From Microcystaceae cyanobacterium (lineage in GTDB: Bacteria; Cyanobacteriota; Cyanobacteriia; Cyanobacteriales; Microcystaceae): a stretch of DNA of 64,000 nucleotides. Under the pieces are notes generated by a model. The model was not told where the DNA came from. It saw only the letters and a list, made by a program, of their open reading frames with translations, and searched no databases. Both the position numbers and the translations under genes were made by a program. The stretch covers positions 1 to 64,000 of the forward strand of contig JBGTGT010000115.1 of NCBI GenBank assembly GCA_041746575.1. The letters run 5' to 3'. Shown in pieces: positions 8,469-19,202 of the stretch; within the stretch, counting starts at the first letter, position 1; every line of letters begins with the position of its first letter.

Positions 8469-9158
8469 TCATTTTTGCCGAGGGTATTTTTGTAGTTTCA
8501 GAAGTGTAATGCAAACGATTAACCACAAAAAACCAATGCTATATCCAGCGATAATATCCGTAGGCCAATGCACTCCTAAATAGAGACGACTTAAACCAAT
8601 TAAGGCAATAATTATGACGGTAAAACAATAAATTAATTGAGAAAATTTAGGATAACGATGGCTTAACAAATAGGCAATAAAACCATACAAAACGGCTGAT
8701 CCTAGAGCATGACCACTAGGAAAACTGAAAGAGCTTTCGGAAATACGTTGAGTCCAAAACTGGGGACGGGATTTAGCAAAAAATAACTTCATTCCAGTTG
8801 TTAGGCTTAAAGTCCCTAAACAAGCTAAAAGAAAAATATTTGCTTCTTGACGATGGTGCTTCCATAACAGTACGCTGAGAGTTATAGTAGCCACAATAAT
8901 TATAATGCTAGGATTACCCAATTGAGTTATTCTGAGCATTATTTGATCTAAAGTTGGATTGGCCCACTGATGTAACCAAAACAAAAAAGATTTATCAAAG
9001 GCAAAAGCTTCTTTTTCTAGCACCTCCTCTGAAAGTTGAGCAACGATAAATAAAAGGAATAGACACAAAGCTAATCCCCCAATACCAACAGTAGCGATTA
9101 AGGAAGATAAATGAGGATTAATTTTGCGCTGCCAGAAAATTATAAGGTAACGAATCAT
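8469..9158 (-). CDS. PAP2-family membrane phosphatase
   Basis: KxxFAKSRP, SFPSGH and SRLYLGVHWPTD motifs. Confidence 0.92.
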   Translation of the reverse strand: MIRYLIIFWQRKINPHLSSLIATVGIGGLALCLFLLFIVAQLSEEVLEKEAFAFDKSFLFWLHQWANPTLDQIMLRITQLGNPSIIIIVATITLSVLLWKHHRQEANIFLLACLGTLSLTTGMKLFFAKSRPQFWTQRISESSFSFPSGHALGSAVLYGFIAYLLSHRYPKFSQLIYCFTVIIIALIGLSRLYLGVHWPTDIIAGYSIGFLWLIVCITLLKLQKYPRQK

Positions 9159-9438
9159 AATTTTTGATTATCTCATGTCTAGCTCAATAAAGATTATGTT
9201 AAAGTCACCCGCTTAAAATTTATTCAAAGGACTTAACCAAAAACTGAGCTATTATATTGCCAGAGGGTTTTGCATAAATCCGTTTTTCTTTTGTCGCTTC
9301 TGTCCACTCTCGACTTTTTTTAACCATAATCCCATCCGATGAGCAACCCCCTATGGGACTACCCATTATTGCGCCTTATGCGTTATCTCTTTTCTAACTT
9401 TATTTTTTACTTTCCAACATTATTATCACTCAACATAT

Positions 9439-10197
9439 TTAAACCGCTAAAAATCGCTGAATGACTTCTTGACTCAATTCGCTAGTTGCTCCAGAAGCCA
9501 CAATTCCTCCCTTTTGCATGGCATAATATTTATCAGCTTGACGGACAAAATGCAGATGTTGTTCAACCAATAAAACGGAGATACCGGTTGCTTTAATAAT
9601 CCGACGAACTGCCGCTTCAATTTCCAAAATAATAGAGGGTTGAATTCCTTCGGTGGGTTCATCTAACAGTAATAATTTCGGTTCTCCCATTAATGCCCTC
9701 GCAATCGCTAATTGTTGCTGTTGTCCACCACTTAAATCACCCCCCATGCGAGATAACATGGCCTCTAAAACCGGAAATAATTCAAAAATTTCTGTGGGAA
9801 TATCTTCGTTTCCTTTTCTACCTTGAGGACGAGCTTCTAAGCCTAGTAATAAATTCTCTTTGACCGTTAGACGGGGAATAATTTCTCTGCCTTGAGGAAC
9901 ATAACCAATCCCTTTTTTGACGCGTTGATAGGTCGGAATGCTAGTTAACGGGTTTCCTCGATAGCGAATCATGCCCGAACGGGGTTGGAGTAATCCCATA
10001 ATAGTTTTAAGTAAAGTTGTTTTACCCACGCCATTACGGCCAATCAAACACACCATTTGACCGGGAAAAATATTTAAATCCACATCTCTTAAAATATGAC
10101 TTTCTCCATAATAGACATTGAGATCAGAAACCTGTAACATGGGTTGATCGGCGGGAATTGACAAGGAATCGGAGGGGACTGAACTAACTTTTACCAT
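9439..10197 (-). CDS. urtE: Urea ABC transporter ATP-binding subunit UrtE
   Basis: GRNGVGKTT, YVPQGREI, LSGGQQQQLAIARAL, LLDEPTEGIQPSI. Confidence 0.93.
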   Translation of the reverse strand: MVKVSSVPSDSLSIPADQPMLQVSDLNVYYGESHILRDVDLNIFPGQMVCLIGRNGVGKTTLLKTIMGLLQPRSGMIRYRGNPLTSIPTYQRVKKGIGYVPQGREIIPRLTVKENLLLGLEARPQGRKGNEDIPTEIFELFPVLEAMLSRMGGDLSGGQQQQLAIARALMGEPKLLLLDEPTEGIQPSIILEIEAAVRRIIKATGISVLLVEQHLHFVRQADKYYAMQKGGIVASGATSELSQEVIQRFLAV

Positions 10198-10280
10198 GGT
10201 TTAAGTTGCACTCCTGTAAATTAATAAGAGATTCATTTTTACAATTGACTGACTTTCATTTACTCACTGTGACTGCTTAA

Positions 10281-11066
10281 TTAATGCTCCCCTTGAATAG
10301 TTGTTAGTTGTTCCTGTGTCTCTGTTGGGACTTCTCCAAGGTAAACTTCAATCACTTTAGAATCATTTTGTACCTCATCCATATTGCCTTCACATAAGAC
10401 TGAACCTTGATGTAAAACGGTTACTTTACGAGCAATTTGGCGCACAAATTCCATATCATGTTCAATGACGATAATGGAATGACTTTCTGCTAATGCTAAT
10501 AATAATGCTCCCACGTTTTCCGTTTCTTCATCAGTTAGACCGGCTACGGGTTCATCTACTAATAATAAATCAGGCGATTGTGCCACTAACATCCCAATTT
10601 CTAAGCGTTGTTTTTCCCCGTGAGAAAGGAGAGAAGCGAGTAATTCTGCTTTCGTTTCTAGTCCAATCGTTTCCAATAACCCAGCGACACTCTTTTGTTC
10701 CGACCGTTTAGGGCGACCGAATAAAGTTGAAAAAACCGCTTTCTGACGATTACTCACTAAATCAAGGTTTTCTCTAACCGTTAAATTCAAATAGACTCTG
10801 GGGGTTTGAAACTTACGACCAATCCCCATTTGGGCAATGCGATATTCTGGAATACGGCGCAGGTTTTTACCTTTAAAAATAACCTGTCCTTGGGTGGGTT
10901 GAACCTTTCCGGTAATCACATCTAAAAAGGTGGTTTTTCCGGCACCATTGGGACCAATAATGACTCGCAGTTCCCCCGTGTCCATGGCAAAATCAAGCTT
11001 ATTTAAGGCTTTAAATCCATCAAAACTGACCGTAACGTCATTGATTTCCAAAATTTTCCCCGTCAT
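10281..11066 (-). CDS. urtD: Urea ABC transporter ATP-binding subunit UrtD
   Basis: VSFDGFKAL, GPNGAGKTT, GRKFQTP, LSHGEKQRLEIGM; adjacent to urtE. Confidence 0.93.
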   Translation of the reverse strand: MTGKILEINDVTVSFDGFKALNKLDFAMDTGELRVIIGPNGAGKTTFLDVITGKVQPTQGQVIFKGKNLRRIPEYRIAQMGIGRKFQTPRVYLNLTVRENLDLVSNRQKAVFSTLFGRPKRSEQKSVAGLLETIGLETKAELLASLLSHGEKQRLEIGMLVAQSPDLLLVDEPVAGLTDEETENVGALLLALAESHSIIVIEHDMEFVRQIARKVTVLHQGSVLCEGNMDEVQNDSKVIEVYLGEVPTETQEQLTTIQGEH

Positions 11067-11133
11067 GGGCTATTCCTCGTTCCGCCTCATTCAAACAACA
11101 TCTGATCTGTATCAGAAAAGGGGGGCTCAGAAA

Positions 11134-11147
11134 GTATTCAATCATAC
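11134..11147. promoter_or_regulatory. NtcA-binding site upstream of urtD
   Basis: GTA-TTCAATCA-TAC (GTA-N8-TAC) about 68 bp upstream of the urtD start; an imperfect -10 (TACAGA) lies 22 nt downstream on the minus strand. Confidence 0.6.
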
Positions 11148-11221
11148 CAAAATGAGGCGATCAAAATCTCCCCTCGACATGATACTCTTTTCATCAAGAA
11201 ATGTAACAAGGAATTAAAATA

Positions 11222-11707
11222 ATGGGAGATACACTGAGTCAATATTTAGACCCCTTAGCGTCGTGGTTTCGTTCTTTGGGAATACCCTCTGTCATTGTTC
11301 GGTGGGGACACCCTGTGATGATGGCAACGGTTATTCTGGCGATGGGTAGTGCTGTCGCCTATACGGGATGGACAAGTCGCTTAACCACAGATGGAGAGGT
11401 GTCTGCAAAAAATCGAGCTTCTCACCGCAAAATCGCTCCTTGGATGTTTTTATTTATTACTTTAGGCTATACGGGCGGTATTTTATCCTTGGTAATGCAA
11501 AATCACCCTATTTTAGAAAGTCCTCACTTTTGGACAGGGTCATTAGCGGTTTTCTTCCTCGGACTTAATGGACTAATTGCCTTCGTCGGGTTTGGAGGCG
11601 AACAAAAATCTACTTTACGTACGGTTCACGCCTTTTCAGGGGCAGGTGTGATGATCTTACTGGTTGTTCATGGCATTTTAGGACTGAAATTAGGGCTTTC
11701 TTTATGA
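11222..11707 (+). CDS. DUF4079-family membrane protein (cytochrome b561-like histidine pattern)
   Basis: WGHPVMM, SHRKI, ESPHFWTG, RTVHA and HGILG motifs; four hydrophobic helices. Confidence 0.8.
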   Translation: MGDTLSQYLDPLASWFRSLGIPSVIVRWGHPVMMATVILAMGSAVAYTGWTSRLTTDGEVSAKNRASHRKIAPWMFLFITLGYTGGILSLVMQNHPILESPHFWTGSLAVFFLGLNGLIAFVGFGGEQKSTLRTVHAFSGAGVMILLVVHGILGLKLGLSL

Positions 11708-11734
11708 TTTCCCCTTAAACAGGAAATTGTCGTA

Positions 11735-11753
11735 CGTAAACCTTGCGCCTTAC
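11735..11753 (-). repeat. REP-like element copy
   Basis: Reverse complement gtaaggcgcaaggtttacg shares 15 bp with the copy at 29338-29352; lies between convergent genes. Confidence 0.6.
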
Positions 11754-11772
11754 CCGAATAACAAGTCATTAG

Positions 11773-12744
11773 TCAGTTATTGGGATTTTTCATTTTATCT
11801 GCCACCATCATGGCGACAACATCGGGGGTACTGTATTGGGCTTGCCATCCTAAAATATTGTTGGCTTTAGACGGATTGCCGCAACTATAAGCTAAATCAG
11901 TGGGGCGCAAGAGGCTTTCATCGGTTATTACATGATCTTGCCAATTTAATCCTAAACATTCAAAGGTTTTCGCCACAAACTCCGTTAAAGAATAGCTTTT
12001 ACCCGTTGCAATCACATAATCATCGGGTTGGTCATGTTGTAACATTAAATACATTGCTTCGACATACTCTGGCGCCCATCCCCAATCCCGTTGAATTTGA
12101 GTATTGCCTAGATATAACGTTTCTGGATGACCTTGGGCAATCTGACAGGCGGTTGCGACAATTTTCTGGGTGACAAACCGAGATGGACGCAGGGGAGATT
12201 CATGATTAAATAAAATCCCCGAACAAGCAAATAAATGATAAGCTTCCCGATAATTCGCCACCTCCCAAAAGGCTGTTGCTTTCGCCACGGCATAAGGACT
12301 TCTGGGACGAAAAGGGGTATTTTCATCGGCGGGACGGTCGCCAATATCGCCGAAACATTCACTGGATCCGGCGTTGTAAAATTTAATGGGTGCATCTGTA
12401 AAGCGGATCGCCTCTAAAAGATTCAGCGTTCCTGTCGCAATACTTTCTAGGGTTTCAACGGGTTGATCAAACGAGAGGCCGACCGAACTTTGACCGGCTA
12501 AATTATAAATTTCATCAGGTTCAAATTTTTTGAGGACTTGTAAAACACTGCGAAAATCTGTCAGAGACATAGAGGTGACTTTGACGCTATCCCGAATCCC
12601 TAAGCGATTTAAATTTCTAAAAGAAGAAATCTGAGCATCCCTAGATGTACCACAGACTGAATACCCTTTTTCTAACAGTAACTTGGCAAGATATGCACCA
12701 TCTTGACCAGAAATACCACAAATTAAGGCTTTTTTGGGGATCAT
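11773..12744 (-). CDS. gmd: GDP-mannose 4,6-dehydratase
   Basis: GISGQDGAYL, YNLAGQSSV, PRSPYAVAK, LFNHESPLR, RDWGWA; start placed at MIPKKALI. Confidence 0.93.
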   Translation of the reverse strand: MIPKKALICGISGQDGAYLAKLLLEKGYSVCGTSRDAQISSFRNLNRLGIRDSVKVTSMSLTDFRSVLQVLKKFEPDEIYNLAGQSSVGLSFDQPVETLESIATGTLNLLEAIRFTDAPIKFYNAGSSECFGDIGDRPADENTPFRPRSPYAVAKATAFWEVANYREAYHLFACSGILFNHESPLRPSRFVTQKIVATACQIAQGHPETLYLGNTQIQRDWGWAPEYVEAMYLMLQHDQPDDYVIATGKSYSLTEFVAKTFECLGLNWQDHVITDESLLRPTDLAYSCGNPSKANNILGWQAQYSTPDVVAMMVADKMKNPNN

Positions 12745-12829
12745 AATTCTTTGAATTCCATGAAAAAACGATAAACCCTCATGTCGCATGGGGCAATGAA
12801 CGATAACTGGTCATTTTTCTGGGCAAAAT

Positions 12830-13366
12830 TTATGATCTTTGACTTTGCACACTATGACTGCGAGGATCGTTATTAACCTTAAGTGAGGTAGTAAAATCAG
12901 ACGTTTTTCCCGTCTTTGCTGCATAAGGGAGGGAATTATTGGCTAATAACGCGTCTAAATTGGCTTTAATAATCGGTTTTGGCTGTTCGCCAATAGACTG
13001 AGCGATCGCTTTTCCCTCGCTATTGAGAAAAACAAAATGGGGAATCCCATCTACTCGATAGCGTAGCACTTCGGGTAACCATTGGCTATTATCCACATTT
13101 AACATGACAAAATTCATAGAATCATGGTATTCTGCTTTAATTTCGGCTAAATCAGCGGCCATGGCTTGGCAACTGCTACACCAATCAGCGTAAAATTCAA
13201 CGAGGGAGGGCTTTTGATTATTTAAGGCTAGCGTTAAGGGGGTAGACGCTTTGGCTTGCGATTCTAGAGAAACCGCCGAACCTTGGCTTTGAATTCCTAA
13301 AAAAAGGGCAATTCCTAAGACGATAGCAACAAGAGCAACGACCAGATTACGAATTGAATTTAGCAT
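12830..13366 (-). CDS. txlA: Membrane-anchored thioredoxin-like thiol:disulfide protein (TxlA/HCF164-like)
   Basis: N-terminal TM helix, EFYADWCSSC, MLNVDN..W, YRVDGIPHF. Confidence 0.85.
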   Translation of the reverse strand: MLNSIRNLVVALVAIVLGIALFLGIQSQGSAVSLESQAKASTPLTLALNNQKPSLVEFYADWCSSCQAMAADLAEIKAEYHDSMNFVMLNVDNSQWLPEVLRYRVDGIPHFVFLNSEGKAIAQSIGEQPKPIIKANLDALLANNSLPYAAKTGKTSDFTTSLKVNNDPRSHSVQSQRS

Positions 13367-13536
13367 CAGTTTCTACTTGAGGTAAATGTTTTTGGGATTA
13401 ATATAGCAGATAGTATCAATCATTTATCTGGGACTTTAAAGCTGAAAATATTGATTTTTATGCTTTTTTTTCATATTATGCCTATTCTGATTTTATCATA
13501 AAATACTAATAAATTAAGACACATTCAAACTATTAA

Positions 13537-14568
13537 TTAATTTTCTTGACGCTTAAAAGAAATTATCCGTTCGTTGCTCAAAATTTCTCCAACGGTTAAG
13601 CGACTTCCATTAACAAAATCCCAACCGGATTGAGGACGTTTTCCGGAAGGTTGTACTTGTTTAAGAAGTAATAAGCCTTTCCCCGTTTGAATGACTGCAC
13701 CCCACTTTTTAATAATATGAACAACTTCTCCCACTTGACCTTTTAGGGTATTGATATTTTGCCAATGTTGTTGTAAAATTTGATAATCTGAAGGCAATTG
13801 TGTCCAATATGCTTCACCCAAAGGGACAGTTTCTAATACTTTTAAAGGACTCTCTCGAAAAGGGGTAATACAATTGGGATAAAAGGCACGAACTTGATGA
13901 TGAATTTCAATATTTGACCTCGACCAATCAATAACATAATCTGATTTTTGAATAAGGGGAGCATAAGTTGCGTTTTCAGCGTTTTGCGGAGTTGGGCTGA
14001 CTTTTCCTGATTCAAGTTGGAACAACGTTTCAATTAATAAATCTGCCCCTTGTTGTGCCAAAATTTCAGCTAAATATTCGGCATTATCTAACAAATGAAT
14101 GGGCGTAAAAGCCTTGAGAAGCATTGCTCCCGTGTCCATGCCTTCATCCATTAACATCGTAGTAATGCCCGTTTCTTTATCACCGTGGTAAATGCTCCAT
14201 TGAATAGGAGCAGCACCGCGATATTTTGGGAGAATTGAACCATGAACATTAACACAACCCAATTTTGGCATTCCTAAAATTTGCTGAGAAAGAATTTGTC
14301 CATAGGCAACGACGACAAAAACATCGGCTTGAATTTGCTCAAGGTGGGTTAATGTTTCAGCATCTTTTTTAATCCGTTTCGGTTGCCAAACTGGAATTTG
14401 ATGGCTAATTGCTAATTTTTTGACGGGGGAAGGAATTAGTTGATTTCCTCTTCCTCTCCTTTTATCAGGTTGGGTGACAACCGACGTCACCTCAAAATAA
14501 GGATGATGGATTAATTTTTTTAGACTTGGAATCGCAAATTGAGGAGTCCCCAAGAAGACAATACGCAT
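13537..14568 (-). CDS. fmt: Methionyl-tRNA formyltransferase
   Basis: [37 protein letters not shown]. Confidence 0.96.
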   Translation of the reverse strand: MRIVFLGTPQFAIPSLKKLIHHPYFEVTSVVTQPDKRRGRGNQLIPSPVKKLAISHQIPVWQPKRIKKDAETLTHLEQIQADVFVVVAYGQILSQQILGMPKLGCVNVHGSILPKYRGAAPIQWSIYHGDKETGITTMLMDEGMDTGAMLLKAFTPIHLLDNAEYLAEILAQQGADLLIETLFQLESGKVSPTPQNAENATYAPLIQKSDYVIDWSRSNIEIHHQVRAFYPNCITPFRESPLKVLETVPLGEAYWTQLPSDYQILQQHWQNINTLKGQVGEVVHIIKKWGAVIQTGKGLLLLKQVQPSGKRPQSGWDFVNGSRLTVGEILSNERIISFKRQEN

Positions 14569-14648
14569 AAGCTTTGTTTCAATTCAAAGTTATCAATTCA
14601 AAATAAATAGCTCAAATCTTTGTCCATTATCCATTCGGTAATGATTAT

Positions 14649-16367
14649 TTAATAATGACTACCCGAATTACGATGATGAATCGCCGTTATTCCATCCTGT
14701 AGTAGTTTACCCTCTTCAGCAATGGCATAAACGACCCAATGGTCGCCGCATTCCATACGATTGTCCACCCGACACTCTAGATAGGCTAACGCGTCCTTAA
14801 GAATGGGTGAACCCTTGCTGGCGGTTTCTAGGTTAACCCCGACAAAACGATCTTCACCGGGGGCAAAGGGTTTGAGAAATTTCTTCATCAGTGCTAAATA
14901 TTGACCTTCTTGCAGAATATTTAAGACAAAATAGCTATCTTTATGCAGTAAGGACTCAATGGCACGATCTTTCGCTACCGCAACGGTAAAACCGGGAGGA
15001 TTGAACGTCGCCTGAGACACCCAAGAGGCTAACATTGCCCCTTTGACTTCCCCTTGTTGACAAGTTACGATACATAATGAACCAACAATACGTCCTAATG
15101 CTTGTTCTAGGCGATCTATTTGGGATTCTCCTACAGAAGCTTTTGGTTTTCGGGTTTTTTGCGCTTTTTTTAATGCTTGAGCAAAATCCGTTCCCGCCTC
15201 TTCGCAGGTTTTCAGCGTGGCATCGGTGGGTTTAAACTTCACCCGAATGGGTTCAAATCCAAAACGATAGCCCCCATCTCTGAATTTAGACTCTAAAAGG
15301 TCAATGGCTTCACCGCTCCAACCAAATGAGCCAAATACGCCTGCTAGTTTCGTTTTTTCTGCATTGGCAAGGGTAATGCCTAACGCCGTTTGAATGGGAG
15401 TCGGTGCGTGTCCACCTAATGTGGGAGAACCAAAGATAAAGCCGTTACATTTCACAATAGCAGTCTCGATTTCGTCAGATTCAGCGATTTCCGCATTAAC
15501 AGATTCTACACTCACTCCCGCTTTTGTGATTCCTCTTGCTATCGCTTGAGCAAGGGTAGCTGTATTACCATAGGCACTGGCATAAATAAGGGCAACCTTT
15601 AAGGATTGGGATTGTTGTTTCTCTAGCCATTCTTGATAAGCTGTGGTTAATTCTTTCAAACCATAGCGAACTAAAGGTCCGTGACCCGTTGCATAACATT
15701 GTGGCGATTTTTGGCTTAATTTCCCCAACGCTGCGGCGATTTGTTTGGCATAGGGTGCCATTAAACACTCAAAATAATACCGACGATCTTCAGCATAAAC
15801 CGTCCACCCTTCATCGAACACCTGATCGCCACATACATGAGAACCAAAAAGTTTATCACTGTAGAGAATGGCTGTTTTAGGGTCAAAAGTACACAATTGG
15901 TCGGGAAAACGAGGGTTAGGAGTAGGAATAAAGCTCAAAAGGTGTCCTTTGCCTAAATCTAGGGTATCTTCTCCCTTGATGATAGAGAGATTCAAAGCGT
16001 GATTTTCTAAGAGTTTCCCTAAAGACAAGGCCGCTGGATTAGAACAGACTAGGGTTAAATTGGGGTTAATTTCTAAGAGTTTATCTAGCGTAAAGGCACG
16101 ATTGGGGTTAACATGACCCAAGATGAGGTAATCTATGGATTGAATGTCAAAGCGATCGCTTAACGTTTTCAAAAAGAGATCACAGAAGGATTCTCCCGGT
16201 GGGTCGAAGAGAGCGACTTTTTCTGCTTTAATCAGGTAAGAATTGGCAGTTGTTCCCCGCTGTAAGCCATATTCAATCTCAAACTTCAATCTATCCCAAG
16301 TACGGGAACGAAATACGGTGGTTTCAGCCGCGAGGGGAAAAACTTGAACATCTTTCGGTTGCGTCAT
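14649..16367 (-). CDS. flv1: Class C flavodiiron protein, Flv1-type
   Basis: FEIEYGLQRGTTANSYLI; non-canonical metal motif HVNPNR; flavodoxin SAYGNT; C-terminal flavin reductase domain (GDHW). Confidence 0.85.
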   Translation of the reverse strand: MTQPKDVQVFPLAAETTVFRSRTWDRLKFEIEYGLQRGTTANSYLIKAEKVALFDPPGESFCDLFLKTLSDRFDIQSIDYLILGHVNPNRAFTLDKLLEINPNLTLVCSNPAALSLGKLLENHALNLSIIKGEDTLDLGKGHLLSFIPTPNPRFPDQLCTFDPKTAILYSDKLFGSHVCGDQVFDEGWTVYAEDRRYYFECLMAPYAKQIAAALGKLSQKSPQCYATGHGPLVRYGLKELTTAYQEWLEKQQSQSLKVALIYASAYGNTATLAQAIARGITKAGVSVESVNAEIAESDEIETAIVKCNGFIFGSPTLGGHAPTPIQTALGITLANAEKTKLAGVFGSFGWSGEAIDLLESKFRDGGYRFGFEPIRVKFKPTDATLKTCEEAGTDFAQALKKAQKTRKPKASVGESQIDRLEQALGRIVGSLCIVTCQQGEVKGAMLASWVSQATFNPPGFTVAVAKDRAIESLLHKDSYFVLNILQEGQYLALMKKFLKPFAPGEDRFVGVNLETASKGSPILKDALAYLECRVDNRMECGDHWVVYAIAEEGKLLQDGITAIHHRNSGSHY

Positions 16368-16696
16368 GGTTTAAGTATTGAGGAATCATTAATCTCATTA
16401 TGTAGCAAATTCAGGTCATCTCGGCAATTCTTTTTATTGTTACAATGGAAGAGCTTATCAATCCATTTAGTTTAATTTATGAATGATACTTACTTAATCC
16501 ATTAGTCAGGGCAGACTTAGCAAATTTTGGTCGTTTTTATTGATTCTCTTTTATCTCTCTTCATCCGTCATCTATCGGAATTAAGTTTATTTGTTTCTCA
16601 GCGTCATGAGGTACATCTTCGTTAAATGTATTTGCTTATTTTATAGTCCCTAAAACCCAGAATGCTTTACCTAACTTATGCCCGAATTGCGATTGT

Positions 16697-18679
16697 ATGA
16701 TTTTTACAGAACTAACGTTACAAAATTTTGGTCCTTATGCTGGCCGTCAAGTGATTGATTTACGTCCTGATACGCAAGAAATATATCGTCCTATCATTTT
16801 AATTGGCGGCATGAATGGTGGAGGAAAAACCACTTTAATAGATGCGATTCGTTTAGCTCTATATGGACAACGGGCGCAATGTTCAACCCGCAATCAACTA
16901 AGTTATAATGACTTCTTACTTCAGTGTATTAATCATCAAGTTTTTCCGATTGATTCAACGCGCATTGAGTTAGAATTAGAATATTTAGTGGCAGGACAAT
17001 GGAAAACATTAAGAATTGTACGTCATTGGACAAAACAACTAAAAGATGGGAAGGACACGTTAGGTATTGTCAGTGAAGAATGGCCAGATGAAAATTTAGC
17101 AGAAGCATGGGATGAATATATTGAGAGTTTATTACCGCTAGGCATTTCTAATTTGTTTTTATTTGATGGTGAACAAGTTAAAGAATTAGCCGAACAAGAA
17201 ACTCCCCCCCTAGCAGTAATTGAAGCCATTCAATCTCTATTAGGCTTGGAGTTAGCGGAAAAGTTAGCCATTGATTTAGACATTTTATGCAACCGTAAAC
17301 GTAAATCTTTAGCCAATACTCAAGCGTTAAAAACGATTGAAGAGCTAGAGGCAAAAATTGCTTTGTATGAGGAAGAAGCCGAACATTATGGCCAACAATT
17401 AACGACCTTACAAAATCAATTAGGGAAAGCGCAAGCGAATCATCAAGTCGCCTTAGATAAATTTCGCATTGAGGGCGGCAAAATTGCCGCAGAAAAAAGT
17501 AAAATTGAGAGTAAAATTCAAGATTTAGCAAAGACTGAAGAAAATAATCGTCAATCTTTAGTTGATTTAGCTTATTCTAGTCTTCCTCTTGCCTTAATTT
17601 CTTCCTTGTTGGAAGTAGCGACCCAGCAGGGAAAACAAGAGATACGACAGAAAAAAATCGAATCAGCTAAAGACATTTTACGAGAAAGAGATTGTCAACT
17701 ATTATCCTATTTACCTCAGATTAGTATAGAATCTGAACAGATTGAGAAAATCGCTTACTTTCTTGAACAAGAAAATCGAAAACTTTATCCTGACAATATC
17801 AATTATTCTCGCTGGTTAAACATTGAAGAAGAAACCTTAAAACAACTTGAGACCCTTTTAACTTATCAATTGAAAGAACAAGTTCAGTCAGCCCAAAAAC
17901 AGATCAAAGAACAACAACAACAAGAGAAAGATCTGGAGCGATTACAACAACAATTAACCACTGCCGCTTCTCCGGAAGCCTATGAAAATTTAGAGAAAAA
18001 TCTGAAATTAGCCCATAAAGCTTTAATTCAATATCAAACTGCTTTAGAAAAAGGAGAAAAAAATTATCAAGAAGCTCAGAAAAATATAGAGAAAACGAAA
18101 AAAGCTCTCGAAAAATTCAGTGAAGAATCTATCTCACACCACCAAGATGAATTTATTTTTCAATCAATTAGCAAAGCTCAACAAACCTTAAAATTTTTTA
18201 AAGAAAAATTGACCCTAAAAAAACTCAATAAATTAGAAAATGAAGTAACTGAATGCTTTCGTTATTTATTGCATAAATCAGACCTTGTGCATCGAGTGGC
18301 AATTGATACTTATAACTTCAAACTTTCTCTTTTTTCTCCTGAAGGAAAAACCGTGGCGAAACATCGTCTCTCGGCAGGAGAAAAACAACTCCTTGCCATT
18401 GCGTTTTTGTGGGGATTAGCACGGGTTTCTGGACGGCAATTACCGATAGCGATTGATACGCCTCTCGGCCGCTTAGATTCCTCTCACCGTGACCACTTAG
18501 TTGAACGTTATTTTCCTTCTGCTTCCCATCAAGTAATTCTCTTATCTACTGATACAGAAATTGCTGAAAGTGAAGTCAAAAAATTACGTCAACAAGATAC
18601 AATTGCCTCTGAGTATCTGTTAAAATATGATCCTGAAAGCCATCAAACAACTATTCAACCTAATACTTATTTTTGGTAA
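16697..18679 (+). CDS. dndD: DNA phosphorothioation ATPase DndD
   Basis: LQNFGPY, GGMNGGGKTT, LFLFDGEQV, long coiled coil, LSAGEKQLLA, IDTPLGRLDSSHR, SHQVILLSTDTEI. Confidence 0.93.
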   Translation: MIFTELTLQNFGPYAGRQVIDLRPDTQEIYRPIILIGGMNGGGKTTLIDAIRLALYGQRAQCSTRNQLSYNDFLLQCINHQVFPIDSTRIELELEYLVAGQWKTLRIVRHWTKQLKDGKDTLGIVSEEWPDENLAEAWDEYIESLLPLGISNLFLFDGEQVKELAEQETPPLAVIEAIQSLLGLELAEKLAIDLDILCNRKRKSLANTQALKTIEELEAKIALYEEEAEHYGQQLTTLQNQLGKAQANHQVALDKFRIEGGKIAAEKSKIESKIQDLAKTEENNRQSLVDLAYSSLPLALISSLLEVATQQGKQEIRQKKIESAKDILRERDCQLLSYLPQISIESEQIEKIAYFLEQENRKLYPDNINYSRWLNIEEETLKQLETLLTYQLKEQVQSAQKQIKEQQQQEKDLERLQQQLTTAASPEAYENLEKNLKLAHKALIQYQTALEKGEKNYQEAQKNIEKTKKALEKFSEESISHHQDEFIFQSISKAQQTLKFFKEKLTLKKLNKLENEVTECFRYLLHKSDLVHRVAIDTYNFKLSLFSPEGKTVAKHRLSAGEKQLLAIAFLWGLARVSGRQLPIAIDTPLGRLDSSHRDHLVERYFPSASHQVILLSTDTEIAESEVKKLRQQDTIASEYLLKYDPESHQTTIQPNTYFW

Positions 18680-18693
18680 AATTATTCACGATA

Positions 18694-19113
18694 ATGGAAT
18701 CCCCAATAGAACGATTTCGACTCTCTCAAACTGCTAGAGATCAACTGGTTAAACTAAAACGATATACTAAAATAGATCAATGGAATATTCTCTGTCGCTG
18801 GGCGTTTTGTTATTCTTTAGCTGAACCAAGCATTCCTGCCATGCTTCCCATTCCTGCTGATAGTAATCTGGAAATGAGTTGGCGCATTTTTGGAGGAGAA
18901 ATGGCCGATTTTTTATTAGTTGCTTTAAAACAAAGATGTCATAATGATGGCTTAGAAATTAATCAAGAAATCCTTGCTCAACAGTTTCGCTTACATTTAC
19001 ATCGAGGAATTGGCTATTTAGCGGGTTTAGCGGGGAATAATGAAGACGCTCAAATTCAGAAAATTGAAGATTTAATTCAGTTAGCCCTTCTCGAAAAGGT
19101 CAATACGTTTTAA
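18694..19113 (+). CDS. dndE: DNA phosphorothioation protein DndE
   Basis: RLSQTARDQLVKLKRYTKIDQWNILCRWAFCYSL and QFRLHLHRGIGYL motifs; directly after dndD. Confidence 0.93.
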   Translation: MESPIERFRLSQTARDQLVKLKRYTKIDQWNILCRWAFCYSLAEPSIPAMLPIPADSNLEMSWRIFGGEMADFLLVALKQRCHNDGLEINQEILAQQFRLHLHRGIGYLAGLAGNNEDAQIQKIEDLIQLALLEKVNTF

Positions 19114-19202
19114 CGGGTGATATTTATAAATAGAATAATTTAATTTTTAGGGTGCGATTTTGAGGTTCGTCTTTTTAAGTTAACAAGTGATTATAAAAGC
19201 AA

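Noticed and set aside
16697..19113. Apparent lack of HIP1 in dndDE as a sign of recent transfer
   Set aside because: Gaps of this size between HIP1 sites occur elsewhere in the window, so it is not informative.
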